This document shows positions 29,637-39,868 of a DNA stretch of 64,000 nt, one piece after another. Both the position numbers and the translations under genes were made by a program. This DNA is from an uncultured Ruegeria sp. (lineage in GTDB: Bacteria > Pseudomonadota > Alphaproteobacteria > Rhodobacterales > Rhodobacteraceae): positions 252,818 through 316,817 of the forward strand of contig NZ_CANMFF010000004.1 of assembly GCF_947497005.1 (NCBI RefSeq), in the 5' to 3' direction. The notes under the pieces were generated by a model, which saw only the letters and a program-made list of their open reading frames with translations, made no database searches and had not been told where the DNA came from. The first letter of the stretch is position 1; each line of letters starts with the position of its first letter.

Positions 29637-30662
29637 ATGCGTCTTTTGCCTGTACTGGCTCTTTTCACCCTTCTTTCCGGCTGTCTGTTCGAGAAGGAAC
29701 CCGAGGTGGTTCGTCTGTCGGGCGAAACAATGGGCACGACCTTCAATATTACCGCGATTGGCGAAGATCTTGATGAGGTTGCATTGGCCGCGGCTGTCGA
29801 AGAAACATTGGCTGAGGTTAACACCAAAATGTCCAACTGGGATCCGAATTCCGAGGTCTCTGTCTTTTCGGGATCAACCAGCACTGACCCGATGCCTGTT
29901 TCGGACGAATTTGCGCTGGTTCTTTCGGCAGCGAATGACGTGCACAAAAAAACCGGGGGTACTTTTGACGTAACTCTGGGGCCGCTGATCGAACTTTGGG
30001 GCTTTGGCCCGCGCAAGCCCGAGGACCCGGTGCCATCAGATGCTGAAATTGAGGCCGCGCTAGCCAGCGTAGGGCAAAACCGTCTGCTGAAGCTCGACAC
30101 TGATGCCGGCACTCTGTCGAAGTCCGACGCCAAGGTTGGCATCAACCTGTCCGCGATTGCCAAAGGCTATGGCATCGATGCCGTGGCCGGAACTTTGAAG
30201 GATACCGGGATAGAAGATTATCTAGTCGAGATTGGCGGTGATCTTGTCACCAAAGGTCAGAACGAGCAGGGCGAAGCCTGGCGCATCGGCATCGAAAAAC
30301 CTGAAACGGGCGCTCAGAGCATCCAATTGATTGTTTCTCTGGATGACCGCGGCATGGCCAGCTCGGGCGACTACAAGAATTTCTTCGAACAGGATGGCGT
30401 GCGCTATTCACATATCATTGACCCGACTACTGGCCGACCGATCACGCATCGAACAACCTCCGTCACGGTTCTGGCCGAAAACGCAATGATGGCAGATGCC
30501 TGGGCAACAGCCATGCTTGCTTTGGGTCAGGAAAAGGGAATGGAGATCGCGGAAGACCATAAACTTGCCGTGTATTTCATCTCGCGGGATGTGACAGGCG
30601 GCGAAAATGCCTATATCACTACGCATAGCACTGCGTTCAAAGACGCGCTGGGATCAAACTGA
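29637..30662 (+). CDS. apbE: FAD:protein FMN transferase
   Basis: Lipobox LLSGC, GETMGTT, LSAIAKGYGID, ASSGDY, YSHIIDP, ADAWATA. Confidence 0.94.
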   Translation: MRLLPVLALFTLLSGCLFEKEPEVVRLSGETMGTTFNITAIGEDLDEVALAAAVEETLAEVNTKMSNWDPNSEVSVFSGSTSTDPMPVSDEFALVLSAANDVHKKTGGTFDVTLGPLIELWGFGPRKPEDPVPSDAEIEAALASVGQNRLLKLDTDAGTLSKSDAKVGINLSAIAKGYGIDAVAGTLKDTGIEDYLVEIGGDLVTKGQNEQGEAWRIGIEKPETGAQSIQLIVSLDDRGMASSGDYKNFFEQDGVRYSHIIDPTTGRPITHRTTSVTVLAENAMMADAWATAMLALGQEKGMEIAEDHKLAVYFISRDVTGGENAYITTHSTAFKDALGSN

Positions 30663-30676
30663 CTGTTGGAGCTTAA

Positions 30677-30913
30677 ATGAGCACCTTTATTCTGGCCTTC
30701 ATTCTTCTCGCTCTTGTCATGGTGGGCATGTCTCTGGGCGTCATGCTGATGGGTAAGACCATCAAGGGCAGCTGCGGTGGTTTGAACGCGATCTCGGGTG
30801 CGGATAAATGCGTTGTGTGCCAAAAGGACGTCGATCCCGACAGCCCACTGCGCGATCAGTTGCAGTGCAAACGCGCCAAGAAGATGTTGGAACAGATGGA
30901 ACGTCAGGCCTGA
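30677..30913 (+). CDS. nqrM: Na+-NQR maturation factor
   Basis: One N-terminal TM, then IKGSCGGL...CVVC...C; directly after apbE. Confidence 0.9.
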   Translation: MSTFILAFILLALVMVGMSLGVMLMGKTIKGSCGGLNAISGADKCVVCQKDVDPDSPLRDQLQCKRAKKMLEQMERQA

Positions 30914-30984
30914 AACAAGTTTTGCTTCGTTCTGCGGATGGAAATGGCTAATGAAGACCCCATGACTTTCGTGGAGGCGTTGCG

Positions 30985-32655
30985 TTGGCCAAGGCAAAGA
31001 ATATTCTGTTCATCATGTTCGACCAGCTGCGCTGGGATTACCTGAGTTGTTACGGGCATCCGCATCTGCACACCCCAAACATCGATCTCTTGGCTGCCAA
31101 GGGCGTCCGTTTCAACCGCGCTTATATCCAGTCGCCGATCTGCGGTAGCTCGCGCATGTCCACTTATACTGGGCGCTACGTGCACTCGCATGGGGCGTCA
31201 TGGAACGGTATTCCATTGAAGGTCGGCGAGATCACGATGGGCGATCATCTGCGCAAAGCTGGGATGGATTGCTGGTTGGTCGGCAAAACCCACATGCGGG
31301 CAGATGCTGAGGGGATGGCCCGGCTTGGGTTGGAGCCCGACAGCCTGATTGGTGCCCGGGTCGCCGAATGCGGTTTTGACGTGTTCGAACGGGATGACGG
31401 TATGCTGCCCGAAGGGCCGGATGGGTATTACGATCCGGACGGCGCGAAGGAATACAACAAGTTTCTGAAAGCCAAAGGATATGAGAGCGACAACGCTTGG
31501 CACGACTTTGCCAATTCGGGATTGGATGAAGATGGAAACGTTCTGTCCGGCTGGTTTCTGAAAAACTCGCCCGAAGCGGCAAACATTGCCGAGGAAGACA
31601 GTGAAACACCATACCTGACCGGTCGTGGTATCGAGTTCATGGAAACGCATGATGGTCCGTGGTGTTGCCACTTGAGTTTTATCAAACCACATTGGCCTTA
31701 CATCGTACCCGAACCGTACGCCTCGATGTACGGACCGGAACATGTGCTGCCCGTGGTGCGCTCTGAGGCAGAACGCCAGAATGCGCACCCAGTGCTCAAA
31801 GCCTTCATGGACACAAAAATCGGTCAAACCTTTTCGCGGCAGGACGTTCGTAATGCGGTGATCCCGGCCTATATGGGTCTGATCAAGCAAGCCGATGACC
31901 AGATGGGCCGCCTGTTCAACTGGATGGAGAAAACCGGACGAATGGACGACACGATGATCGTGTTGACATCGGATCACGGCGACTTTCTGGGCGATCACTG
32001 GATGGGCGAAAAGACCTTTTTTCACGATGCTTCGACCAAGATGCCGCTGATTATCTATGATCCATCACCTGAGGCTGACGCGACGCGTGGCACAGTTAGC
32101 GATGCATTGGTGGAGTCCATTGATCTGGCACCTACCTTTGTCGACTTCGCCGGAGGTGAAGTGGCGACACATATCCTTGAAGGCCATTCGTTGCTTCCGA
32201 TCCTGCATGGGACGACAGAGGTGCTGCCGCGTGACATCGCGATCTGCGAGTATGATTATTCGGCCTCGCCCATCGCGGATATATTGGATGCCTCCGTACG
32301 TGATGCTGTGATGTTCATGGCCGCAAACAAGAAATGGAAACTGATCCATTGTGAAGGTGGTCATCGGCCGATCCTGTTCGATCTGGAAAACGATCCTGAG
32401 GAATTGAACGATCTTGGCGACAGTGCTGATCATGCTGACGTGATTGCCGAAATGTATGATCATCTGTTCGCATGGACTCGCCGGGCGTCACAGCGCACCA
32501 CTCGTTCTGAACAGCAGTTGATCGAAATGCGTACCAAGAGCCGGGGCCGGGGGGTTGTTTTGGGTGTTTACGATGAAAATGACGCTCCGCTGGATTTGAC
32601 GGTCAAGTATCGCGACCGCAAGGCGCGCCCTTACAAGAGCTATCTCAAGGATTAA
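30985..32655 (+). CDS. Sulfatase/phosphonate monoester hydrolase family enzyme
   Basis: NILFIMFDQLR, formylglycine motif CGSSR, KPHWP, TSDHGD. TTG start; no signal peptide seen. Confidence 0.88.
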   Translation: MAKAKNILFIMFDQLRWDYLSCYGHPHLHTPNIDLLAAKGVRFNRAYIQSPICGSSRMSTYTGRYVHSHGASWNGIPLKVGEITMGDHLRKAGMDCWLVGKTHMRADAEGMARLGLEPDSLIGARVAECGFDVFERDDGMLPEGPDGYYDPDGAKEYNKFLKAKGYESDNAWHDFANSGLDEDGNVLSGWFLKNSPEAANIAEEDSETPYLTGRGIEFMETHDGPWCCHLSFIKPHWPYIVPEPYASMYGPEHVLPVVRSEAERQNAHPVLKAFMDTKIGQTFSRQDVRNAVIPAYMGLIKQADDQMGRLFNWMEKTGRMDDTMIVLTSDHGDFLGDHWMGEKTFFHDASTKMPLIIYDPSPEADATRGTVSDALVESIDLAPTFVDFAGGEVATHILEGHSLLPILHGTTEVLPRDIAICEYDYSASPIADILDASVRDAVMFMAANKKWKLIHCEGGHRPILFDLENDPEELNDLGDSADHADVIAEMYDHLFAWTRRASQRTTRSEQQLIEMRTKSRGRGVVLGVYDENDAPLDLTVKYRDRKARPYKSYLKD

Positions 32656-32847
32656 ATTTTCCGGGATTTTCAATGAATACGCCAAACCACCTGTATCTCG
32701 AATGGTTCAGCGGTGTGATGTCTTCCGGCGAAAGACCTTCGTTGCCTGACTTCTTGATTAATTCTGCATCAATTGCTGCAAAGACGGTTCACCCCTTGCC
32801 AGCCAGACGCTAGAAGGTGACCCAAGAGCAGTAATCGGAGAATTTCA

Positions 32848-34365
32848 ATGTCCACCCCCAAACCGGTTGTCCTGTGCATTCTTGATGGGTGGGGCCTGTC
32901 CGACGACACACAGGCGAACGCGCCCTACCTGGCGCACACTCCGACCTTTGACGCGATCATGACCGAATGCCCGCACGCCACGCTGATAACGCACGGCCCC
33001 GATGTGGGTTTGCCCAGCGGGCAGATGGGCAATTCCGAAGTCGGCCACACAAATATCGGTGCGGGCCGCGTTGTTGCCATGGATTTGGGTCAGATTGACC
33101 TGGCCATCGAAGACGGTTCTTTTTTTGACAATGAGGAGCTGCAGGCTTTCATTTCCAAGGTTAAGTCCTCCGGTGGAACAGCTCACCTTATGGGGTTGGT
33201 CTCGGACGGCGGTGTCCACGGGCACCTGAACCACATCATTGCGGCAATCAAGGCCATTACGGATGCCGGCGTTCCGGTCGCCCTTCATGCCGTAACGGAC
33301 GGGCGCGATGTGGCCCCTAAATCGGCACTGTCCTATTTTTCCGAACTGAACGAGCAGTTGCCCGAGGGGGCCCGTATTGCCACGGTGAGCGGTCGCTATT
33401 TCGCTATGGATCGCGACAATCGCTGGGAAAGGGTTTCCGAAGCTTATGACGCGATGATCAACGGCAAGGGCAGGGCGGCCAGCACCGCGCATGGTGCCGT
33501 GGACCACGCTTACAACCAGTCTGAGTCTGACGAATTCATCACACCCACTGTACTGGATGGTTACGAGGGTGTCGTCGATGGGGATGGCTTTTTCTGCCTG
33601 AATTTCAGGGCAGATCGCGCGCGCGAAATCCTACGCGCGATCGGTGAACCGGACTTTGCGGAATTCGAAACCGGGCCGCGGCCAAAACTGTCGGCGCTGT
33701 TGGGTATGGTCGAGTATTCGGACGGCCACAAAGCTTACATGACAACGGTTTTTCCGAAACGGGAGATTGTGAACACATTGGGCGAATGGGTGGCCAAACA
33801 GGGTTTGCGTCAATTCCGGCTGGCTGAAACGGAAAAATACCCCCATGTCACTTTCTTTTTGAACGGGGGTAAGGAAACCCCGGAACAGGGTGAAGATCGC
33901 TTTATGCCCAAATCCCCCAAAGTCGCGACCTATGACTTGCAGCCTGAAATGTCCTCGGCCGAGGTCACGGCCAAGTTTGTCGAGGCGATAGAGGAAGGTT
34001 ATGACCTGATCGTCACCAATTATGCCAACCCCGACATGGTCGGGCACACCGGTGATCTGCAAGCTGCGATCAAGGCATGTGAGGCTGTCGATGCGGGGCT
34101 GGCTCAGGTCGTTGCCGCCTTGGACAAGGCGGGCGGCGCAATGATCATTACCGCCGATCATGGAAACTGTGAGGTGATGGTTGATCCTGAAACCGGCGGC
34201 CCACATACGGCGCACACGCTGAACCCTGTGCCCGTTGCGTTGGTTGGAGGACCTGAAGGGGCGCAATTGCGTCAAGGTCGGCTGTCCGATCTGGCTCCAA
34301 CTCTTCTTGACCTGATGAACCTGCCCAAGCCGACCGAAATGACCGGAGAAAGCCTTTTGTCATGA
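32848..34365 (+). CDS. gpmI: 2,3-bisphosphoglycerate-independent phosphoglycerate mutase
   Basis: ILDGWG, MGNSEVGH, AETEKYPHVT, DMVGHTG, TADHGN. Confidence 0.96.
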   Translation: MSTPKPVVLCILDGWGLSDDTQANAPYLAHTPTFDAIMTECPHATLITHGPDVGLPSGQMGNSEVGHTNIGAGRVVAMDLGQIDLAIEDGSFFDNEELQAFISKVKSSGGTAHLMGLVSDGGVHGHLNHIIAAIKAITDAGVPVALHAVTDGRDVAPKSALSYFSELNEQLPEGARIATVSGRYFAMDRDNRWERVSEAYDAMINGKGRAASTAHGAVDHAYNQSESDEFITPTVLDGYEGVVDGDGFFCLNFRADRAREILRAIGEPDFAEFETGPRPKLSALLGMVEYSDGHKAYMTTVFPKREIVNTLGEWVAKQGLRQFRLAETEKYPHVTFFLNGGKETPEQGEDRFMPKSPKVATYDLQPEMSSAEVTAKFVEAIEEGYDLIVTNYANPDMVGHTGDLQAAIKACEAVDAGLAQVVAALDKAGGAMIITADHGNCEVMVDPETGGPHTAHTLNPVPVALVGGPEGAQLRQGRLSDLAPTLLDLMNLPKPTEMTGESLLS

Positions 34366-35492
34366 GGCTGATCGCCCTTGCGATATATCTGCTGTCAGCC
34401 TTGCAGGCCTTGGCCCAGACTGATTCGTCCCAAGCAGCGCTGGAAGCGGCAGAGATGCTGGAACAGGCGTCTATCTCGCTGACCGAAGCTGAAAGTGCCC
34501 GGGATCGGGTGCGGGCGCTGACCGAAACGATACAGGCCTATGAGGCCGGGTTAAGCGCCATGCGGTCCGGGCTGCGCAAGGCCGCAACACGCGAAGCGCA
34601 GTTGAGCGCGGAACTAAGAGCGCGCGAAAAGGATGTCAGGCAATTGCTCGGCGTTTTGCAAACCATCGAAACAACCGCCCCACCGGTGCTGATGTTGCAC
34701 CCTTCAGGCCCGTTGGGCGCGGCGCGGACCGGAATGATACTGTCCGAGGTGACACCCGGTCTCAACGCCAAAGCACAAGCGCTGGCACAAGACCTGAACG
34801 AAGTTCAGACATTGCGGATTCTGCAGCAAAGCGCCTCGGAAACTCTGACAGAAGGGCTGAGCGGTGTGCAAAACGCCCGCACGCGTTTGAGCGAAGCGAT
34901 CGCGGACCGCACGGATTTGCCGCGTCGGTTTGTTGAAGACCCGGTGCGCACGGCCATTTTGATATCTTCGACCGAGACTCTGGATGGGTTCGCAAGCGGG
35001 CTGTCCGAAATCTCGGAGGGCGAGATCATTGAAACCAACGCCAGCGTCTCGGACCAAAAAGGGCAGATTACTTTGCCCGTGCAAGGCGTCCTGTTGCACA
35101 AAGCCGGTGAATCGGATGCCGCAGGGGTCGCTCGTGCAGGACTGGTTATGGGAACCCGGTCCCGTGCGCTTGTAACATCACCCACTGCAGCAACGATCCG
35201 CTACCGAGGGCCCTTGCTGGATCTGGGAAACCTGATCATTCTGGAGCCGCAACCAGGCCTTTTATTCGTGTTTTCGGGCCTGCAAGAGATTTATGGCCAG
35301 CCCGGGCAGGTGATCCCCGAGGGCACTCCGGTCGGCCTGATGCCCGGTGAAACGCCAGAAATAGGCGCAATATTGTCAATAAGCGGTGATCGCACTGGAA
35401 CTGACCGCCCAGAAACGCTCTATATAGAGGTAAGAGAAGATAATAGCCCCGTGGACCCGGAATCGTGGTTTCGGACCGACAAGGATGGATAA
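34362..35492 (+). CDS. envC: Murein hydrolase activator EnvC family (coiled coil plus M23-like domain)
   Basis: Signal peptide, long coiled coil, C-terminal LYIEVR...PVDP; conserved position between gpmI and ctpA. Confidence 0.85.
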   Translation: MRLIALAIYLLSALQALAQTDSSQAALEAAEMLEQASISLTEAESARDRVRALTETIQAYEAGLSAMRSGLRKAATREAQLSAELRAREKDVRQLLGVLQTIETTAPPVLMLHPSGPLGAARTGMILSEVTPGLNAKAQALAQDLNEVQTLRILQQSASETLTEGLSGVQNARTRLSEAIADRTDLPRRFVEDPVRTAILISSTETLDGFASGLSEISEGEIIETNASVSDQKGQITLPVQGVLLHKAGESDAAGVARAGLVMGTRSRALVTSPTAATIRYRGPLLDLGNLIILEPQPGLLFVFSGLQEIYGQPGQVIPEGTPVGLMPGETPEIGAILSISGDRTGTDRPETLYIEVREDNSPVDPESWFRTDKDG

Positions 35493-35498
35493 ACGAGT

Positions 35499-36839
35499 AT
35501 GAAGAAATTTGTGATGGCCGGTCTGGCCGGAACTGTGGCAGGTATTCTTGCGACAACTCAGATCGCAGGTCCCCTGCTGGCGCAGGAGGCCGTGAACAAG
35601 GCCAGCGTCTATGAGCAGCTTGATCTGTTTGGTGACATTTTCGAACGCATCCGCGCACAATACGTCGAAGAGGTTGAGCCCGAAGAACTGATCGAGGCTG
35701 CAATCGATGGCATGCTGACCTCGCTTGATCCGCATTCCAGCTATCTTTCACCTGACGATGCCGAGCAGATGCGGGTTCAGACCAGAGGTGAGTTCGGTGG
35801 GCTGGGAATTGAAGTCACACAAGAAGATGGCTTTGTCAAAGTCGTCTCACCGATCGACGACACCCCAGCTGACGAGGCCGGGATCGAAGCCGGGGATTTC
35901 ATCACACATGTTGATGGCGAAAGCATCCTGGGCCTGACGCTGGACAAAGCGGTTGATCTGATGCGCGGCCCGGTCGGGTCCGAGATTGTCATTACAGTCG
36001 TGCGCGAAGGCGAGCCAGATCCCTTCGATGTCCCCATTATCCGCGACACAATCAAGCTGACCGCTGTTCGCGCACGCACCGAAGGGACAAGCGTGGTTCT
36101 GCGCGTGACTACTTTCAACGATCAGACATTCCCCAATCTACAGGAAGGGCTGCGGGAGCAGATTGAAGAAGTCGGCGGCGTCGACAAGGTCAATGGTGTC
36201 GTTCTGGATTTGCGCAACAACCCCGGCGGTTTGCTGACGCAGGCCATCAAAGTTTCGGATGCGTTTCTGAACGAAGGTGAAATCGTCTCGACCCGTGGAC
36301 GTGACCCGGAAGAAGGTGAGCGGTTCAACGCAACCCCTGGCGATCTGGCCGAAGGCAAACCAATTGTCGTGCTGATCAACGGTGGTTCGGCCTCGGCATC
36401 CGAGATCGTGGCTGGTGCTTTGCAGGATCACCGTCGCGCTATCGTGGTCGGCACCAAAAGCTTCGGTAAAGGTTCGGTTCAGACGGTCATGCCGCTGCGT
36501 GGCGACGGGGCCATGCGCCTGACCACGTCGCGATATTACACCCCGTCAGGACGGTCGATTCAGGCTCTTGGCGTCAGCCCGGACATTATCGTGGAGCAAC
36601 CACGCCCGGCGCCTGAACCGGAAGAAGAAGAAGCCAACGCCCGCACCCGGTCCGAGGCCGATCTGCGCGGTAGCCTTAACAATGACAGCCTGAGTGAAGA
36701 TGAGATCCGTCAGATCGAGGAAGATCGTGCCAAGGCTGAGGCGACAGCAGAGCTGCGGGAGGAGGATTACCAGTTGGCTTATGCAATAGACATCCTCAAA
36801 GGGCTGTCTGCCTTCAATCCGAACGGGCCATCCCAATAA
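35499..36839 (+). CDS. ctpA: S41 carboxyl-terminal processing protease
   Basis: LDPHSSY, PDZ GGLGIEV, DLRNNPGG, SASASEIVAGALQD, GKGSVQ. Confidence 0.93.
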   Translation: MKKFVMAGLAGTVAGILATTQIAGPLLAQEAVNKASVYEQLDLFGDIFERIRAQYVEEVEPEELIEAAIDGMLTSLDPHSSYLSPDDAEQMRVQTRGEFGGLGIEVTQEDGFVKVVSPIDDTPADEAGIEAGDFITHVDGESILGLTLDKAVDLMRGPVGSEIVITVVREGEPDPFDVPIIRDTIKLTAVRARTEGTSVVLRVTTFNDQTFPNLQEGLREQIEEVGGVDKVNGVVLDLRNNPGGLLTQAIKVSDAFLNEGEIVSTRGRDPEEGERFNATPGDLAEGKPIVVLINGGSASASEIVAGALQDHRRAIVVGTKSFGKGSVQTVMPLRGDGAMRLTTSRYYTPSGRSIQALGVSPDIIVEQPRPAPEPEEEEANARTRSEADLRGSLNNDSLSEDEIRQIEEDRAKAEATAELREEDYQLAYAIDILKGLSAFNPNGPSQ

Positions 36840-36846
36840 AGCAATC

Positions 36847-36874
36847 AGGGCCGCAGATAACGCGGCCCTTTTTT
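36847..36874 (+). terminator. Intrinsic terminator after ctpA
   Basis: AGGGCCGC-agataac-GCGGCCCT followed by a T run. Confidence 0.8.
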
Positions 36875-36878
36875 GGCT

Positions 36879-38405
36879 TTAGCTTTCGATCTTGTGCAGT
36901 TTCTTTTCATCGAGAAGCAATGCCAGGACGATCCCAACCGAGACTGAGATTGTCGCAAAGATGAAAGCCATGCTCATGCCGCTGTCGAACGCTGCCGACA
37001 ACGCCTGTTGAACCTTTTCCAACTCACTGGGTGACAACCGGCTGATAACTGCTTTGGCAGATTGTGTGTCAAGCGTACCGCCATTGATCGCCCGCAGGTC
37101 TGCGTCCGTCAGCTTGACGCCTGCAGCGGTCAGCCCTTCGCGCAGTTTTGACAGGCTGACGACGTACATGATGGCCGTAGCGCAAGCAACGGAAATAGCT
37201 CCATAGACCAGATGGGTCATAAAGCTTAGTCCGCCGACCAAGCCGGCCCGTTCCGGCTTCACCGCACACATTGCCGCGGTACCGGACGGCCCCACTGTCA
37301 GAGTCGCGCCCAGCCCGATCATCGCCATGCCGGGCAGGATACGGACGTACCCCAGATCGCTTGGCATCACGACAATCGTTGCTGCCCCGATTGTGGCAAT
37401 CAAGTAACCCCAGAACAACAAGCGCTTGGGACCGAAATCATTGTAAAGCGTGCCCGAAATTATCGACGCCACGGCCAGCAGCACCGTTAGTGGCGCCAGC
37501 CCCAGTGCGGACTCAAATGTCGACCAGCCCAGCACTTTCTGCATGTATTGGGGGAAATAAAACAGCCCTACAAAAGCCGCTGACACGTTGAACATGTTCA
37601 GGCCCAAGGTGATGCGAAACTCGCGGTTTTGCATCATCTGCGGCAGGAGCAAAGGTTCCGCCACACGTTTCTCGACTTTGGGGAACAGAATGAAAAGCAC
37701 AGCGCTGACGAAAAACAGCATCAGCAACGGAACGGATGTCCATCCCCAATCCGCACCCACATCCAGACCATAAAGCAGCAACAACACGGCAAAAGACAAA
37801 ACGCCCATCCCGGCGAGGTCCAGATGCTCATCCCGTTGGTTCTGGGTTTCGCGTTCCATCAGGATCAGCGCGGTCGCCATCGAAATGCAGGAAAAGACGA
37901 CATTGGCGAGGAAAAAGTACCTCCACTCTCCCAGGTTCACGGCCAATCCACTGATCATCGGGCCAAACACATTTCCGGTGGTCACCCCTGCCAGAATGAG
38001 CCCCATCACCAGAGCCCGATGTTCAGGTTTCGAGATTTTTGTTGCGCCGAAGGCAAGGGTACAAGGCCAGACGCAACCCGCGCCAACACCCTGCAGCGCA
38101 CGTGCAATGATCAGGAAATCGAGGTTGGGCGAAACAAAACACATAACCGACGAAAACAGAAAGATCGACAGGCCAAAGATCATCATTCTGCGGTGGCCAT
38201 ACATATCGCCAAGCCGCCCGCCTGCGACCATGGTCATAGCAAAAAATAACGCATAGATGTTCAGAACCCATTGGGTGCTGGTGATATCGGCGTCAAAGCT
38301 GTTTTCGATTGCAGGCACCAGCATGAGGGCACCAGTAAAGTCGATACCGATGCCAAATCCTGTCACCATCAACGCGATGACTTTGATAATACTGCTACGA
38401 TCCAT
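36879..38405 (-). CDS. MFS transporter, DHA2 (14-TM) family
   Basis: TQWVLNIY, GGRLGDMYGHRR, ARALQGVG; about 14 hydrophobic segments. Confidence 0.88.
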   Translation of the reverse strand: MDRSSIIKVIALMVTGFGIGIDFTGALMLVPAIENSFDADITSTQWVLNIYALFFAMTMVAGGRLGDMYGHRRMMIFGLSIFLFSSVMCFVSPNLDFLIIARALQGVGAGCVWPCTLAFGATKISKPEHRALVMGLILAGVTTGNVFGPMISGLAVNLGEWRYFFLANVVFSCISMATALILMERETQNQRDEHLDLAGMGVLSFAVLLLLYGLDVGADWGWTSVPLLMLFFVSAVLFILFPKVEKRVAEPLLLPQMMQNREFRITLGLNMFNVSAAFVGLFYFPQYMQKVLGWSTFESALGLAPLTVLLAVASIISGTLYNDFGPKRLLFWGYLIATIGAATIVVMPSDLGYVRILPGMAMIGLGATLTVGPSGTAAMCAVKPERAGLVGGLSFMTHLVYGAISVACATAIMYVVSLSKLREGLTAAGVKLTDADLRAINGGTLDTQSAKAVISRLSPSELEKVQQALSAAFDSGMSMAFIFATISVSVGIVLALLLDEKKLHKIES

Positions 38406-38483
38406 GACGGCGCGCGATCCGTTTCGAATGCGCTCATGATGCACGAAATCGTCAATAAAGATAGGAATACCAATCCGAAGGGA

Positions 38484-38843
38484 TCAGGAGTCGTCCCGGC
38501 AGATCCGACGGAATGCGCGTTTCAGCATATCAAGTTCTGCCCGTAGCAAGTTTACTTCGACCCTGAGGTCATCCGCGGCCGGCTCACCCGCGATTATGCT
38601 GAAGCTGCCAAGTTTCTCGGTCGTTGCTGCGTCTGCAATGACGAAAGTATGCACACCTTCAGATAGCGCAGCAATGGGTACTTGAACGCTCAGATCCCAG
38701 CCGTTTTCTGTAGGTGACAATTCAACACCATCCAGCGTTTCACCCATGTACCGTACATCCAGCCTCGGCTCGGTATTGGCCTGAATGTGACCCTGCCAAA
38801 TACTGTTTTCGAACCGAATGAAGGTTAACGTGATTTGCGTCAT
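38484..38843 (-). CDS. Conserved hypothetical protein (beta-rich, C-terminal coiled coil)
   Basis: 119 aa; ends LRAELDMLKRAFRR; 11 bp downstream of the DUF6478-like gene. Confidence 0.8.
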   Translation of the reverse strand: MTQITLTFIRFENSIWQGHIQANTEPRLDVRYMGETLDGVELSPTENGWDLSVQVPIAALSEGVHTFVIADAATTEKLGSFSIIAGEPAADDLRVEVNLLRAELDMLKRAFRRICRDDS

Positions 38844-38854
38844 GTCTGATCTTC

Positions 38855-39616
38855 TCACAAGTCGGCACGGTGAAAACGGCAAAACGTAAGATCCCGCACG
38901 ACTATACGGTTCATCTCGGGATTCTCAAAAATCAGGTCCAGCCAGATTTTTTCGATCCGGCGTTCATTCAGCGGGAGGTGGGCCAGGTCAAAGTCAACAG
39001 CACTTGACGCCTCAGATGGATCAAGACTTCGCAGTACCTTCTCCATATTTGGGCCATGTTGAATGTTAAGTCGTGCGAACACTTGCGATGGGTTTTCGCA
39101 TTCGATCAGGGTTTCCACCCGCATCAGGTGCTCGCGCGTCAGGTTTAAGGCCGCATTACCCGGCAATTCGACCGACACTGAAAGAAAAGAGCCCTCGAAA
39201 CTGAACGCTTCGACCATCAGGCTGAACGGGGCCAGATCGCTTGCGCCCCGGTTCCGGATCTGCCGCACGGCAATTTGTGACAACGGGCAGTCGTGGAACA
39301 GGCTGACCTGATCATCCACAACAGTCTTGCGCGGAGCCGAGGCCGCGCCGGGTTGCGTCAGAGGGCCACGCCATAAGTCAGGCCGCCAGCTCCAGTCCGT
39401 GCCAACAGGTTTGGAAAACTGTACAGATCCGATCTTCGGCCGCAAAAGGCGGGTGTCAGCCTGCTGGATCAAACGATCCAGATGCCCGCGCAAATTGCGT
39501 GCCTGTTCCCGTTGTTGCCGCAATTCCGATTGCGTGGCATTCGGAGCCTGTTGCGCGGCCCGACGCCAACGCCCCAGAGTCTTGCGATGAAGATAGCGAT
39601 CCAGAATCCTGCCCAT
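38855..39616 (-). CDS. DUF6478-like Rhodobacteraceae protein
   Basis: DWSWRPDLWRGP, LFHDCPLS, FARLNIQHGPN, WLDLIFENP, recognised from memory of this family. Confidence 0.72.
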   Translation of the reverse strand: MGRILDRYLHRKTLGRWRRAAQQAPNATQSELRQQREQARNLRGHLDRLIQQADTRLLRPKIGSVQFSKPVGTDWSWRPDLWRGPLTQPGAASAPRKTVVDDQVSLFHDCPLSQIAVRQIRNRGASDLAPFSLMVEAFSFEGSFLSVSVELPGNAALNLTREHLMRVETLIECENPSQVFARLNIQHGPNMEKVLRSLDPSEASSAVDFDLAHLPLNERRIEKIWLDLIFENPEMNRIVVRDLTFCRFHRADL

Positions 39617-39868
39617 GACCTCGTCGTCCGATAATGCCCTTCTTTAGTCAAGAAGAAGAGTATGGACAAACCCGCAATAACAAAATTGCTATCGAAAGCG
39701 TGCGTTTTTCTGTTGGGGCCAGCGCATAAATTAGATAGGCGCGCTGTGCCGGAACTGAAGCGGTCTATTCTTGCAATGCACCGGGTCAGTGCTTACCGTC
39801 AGGTACCTGCAAAATGGGTCATCCCAAATACAGCCACACGATAGTTTAGCTAATAATAAGGCCATGTT

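Noticed and set aside
32754-32775. FNR-like TTGAT...ATCAA upstream of gpmI
   Set aside because: The spacer is 9 nt rather than 4.
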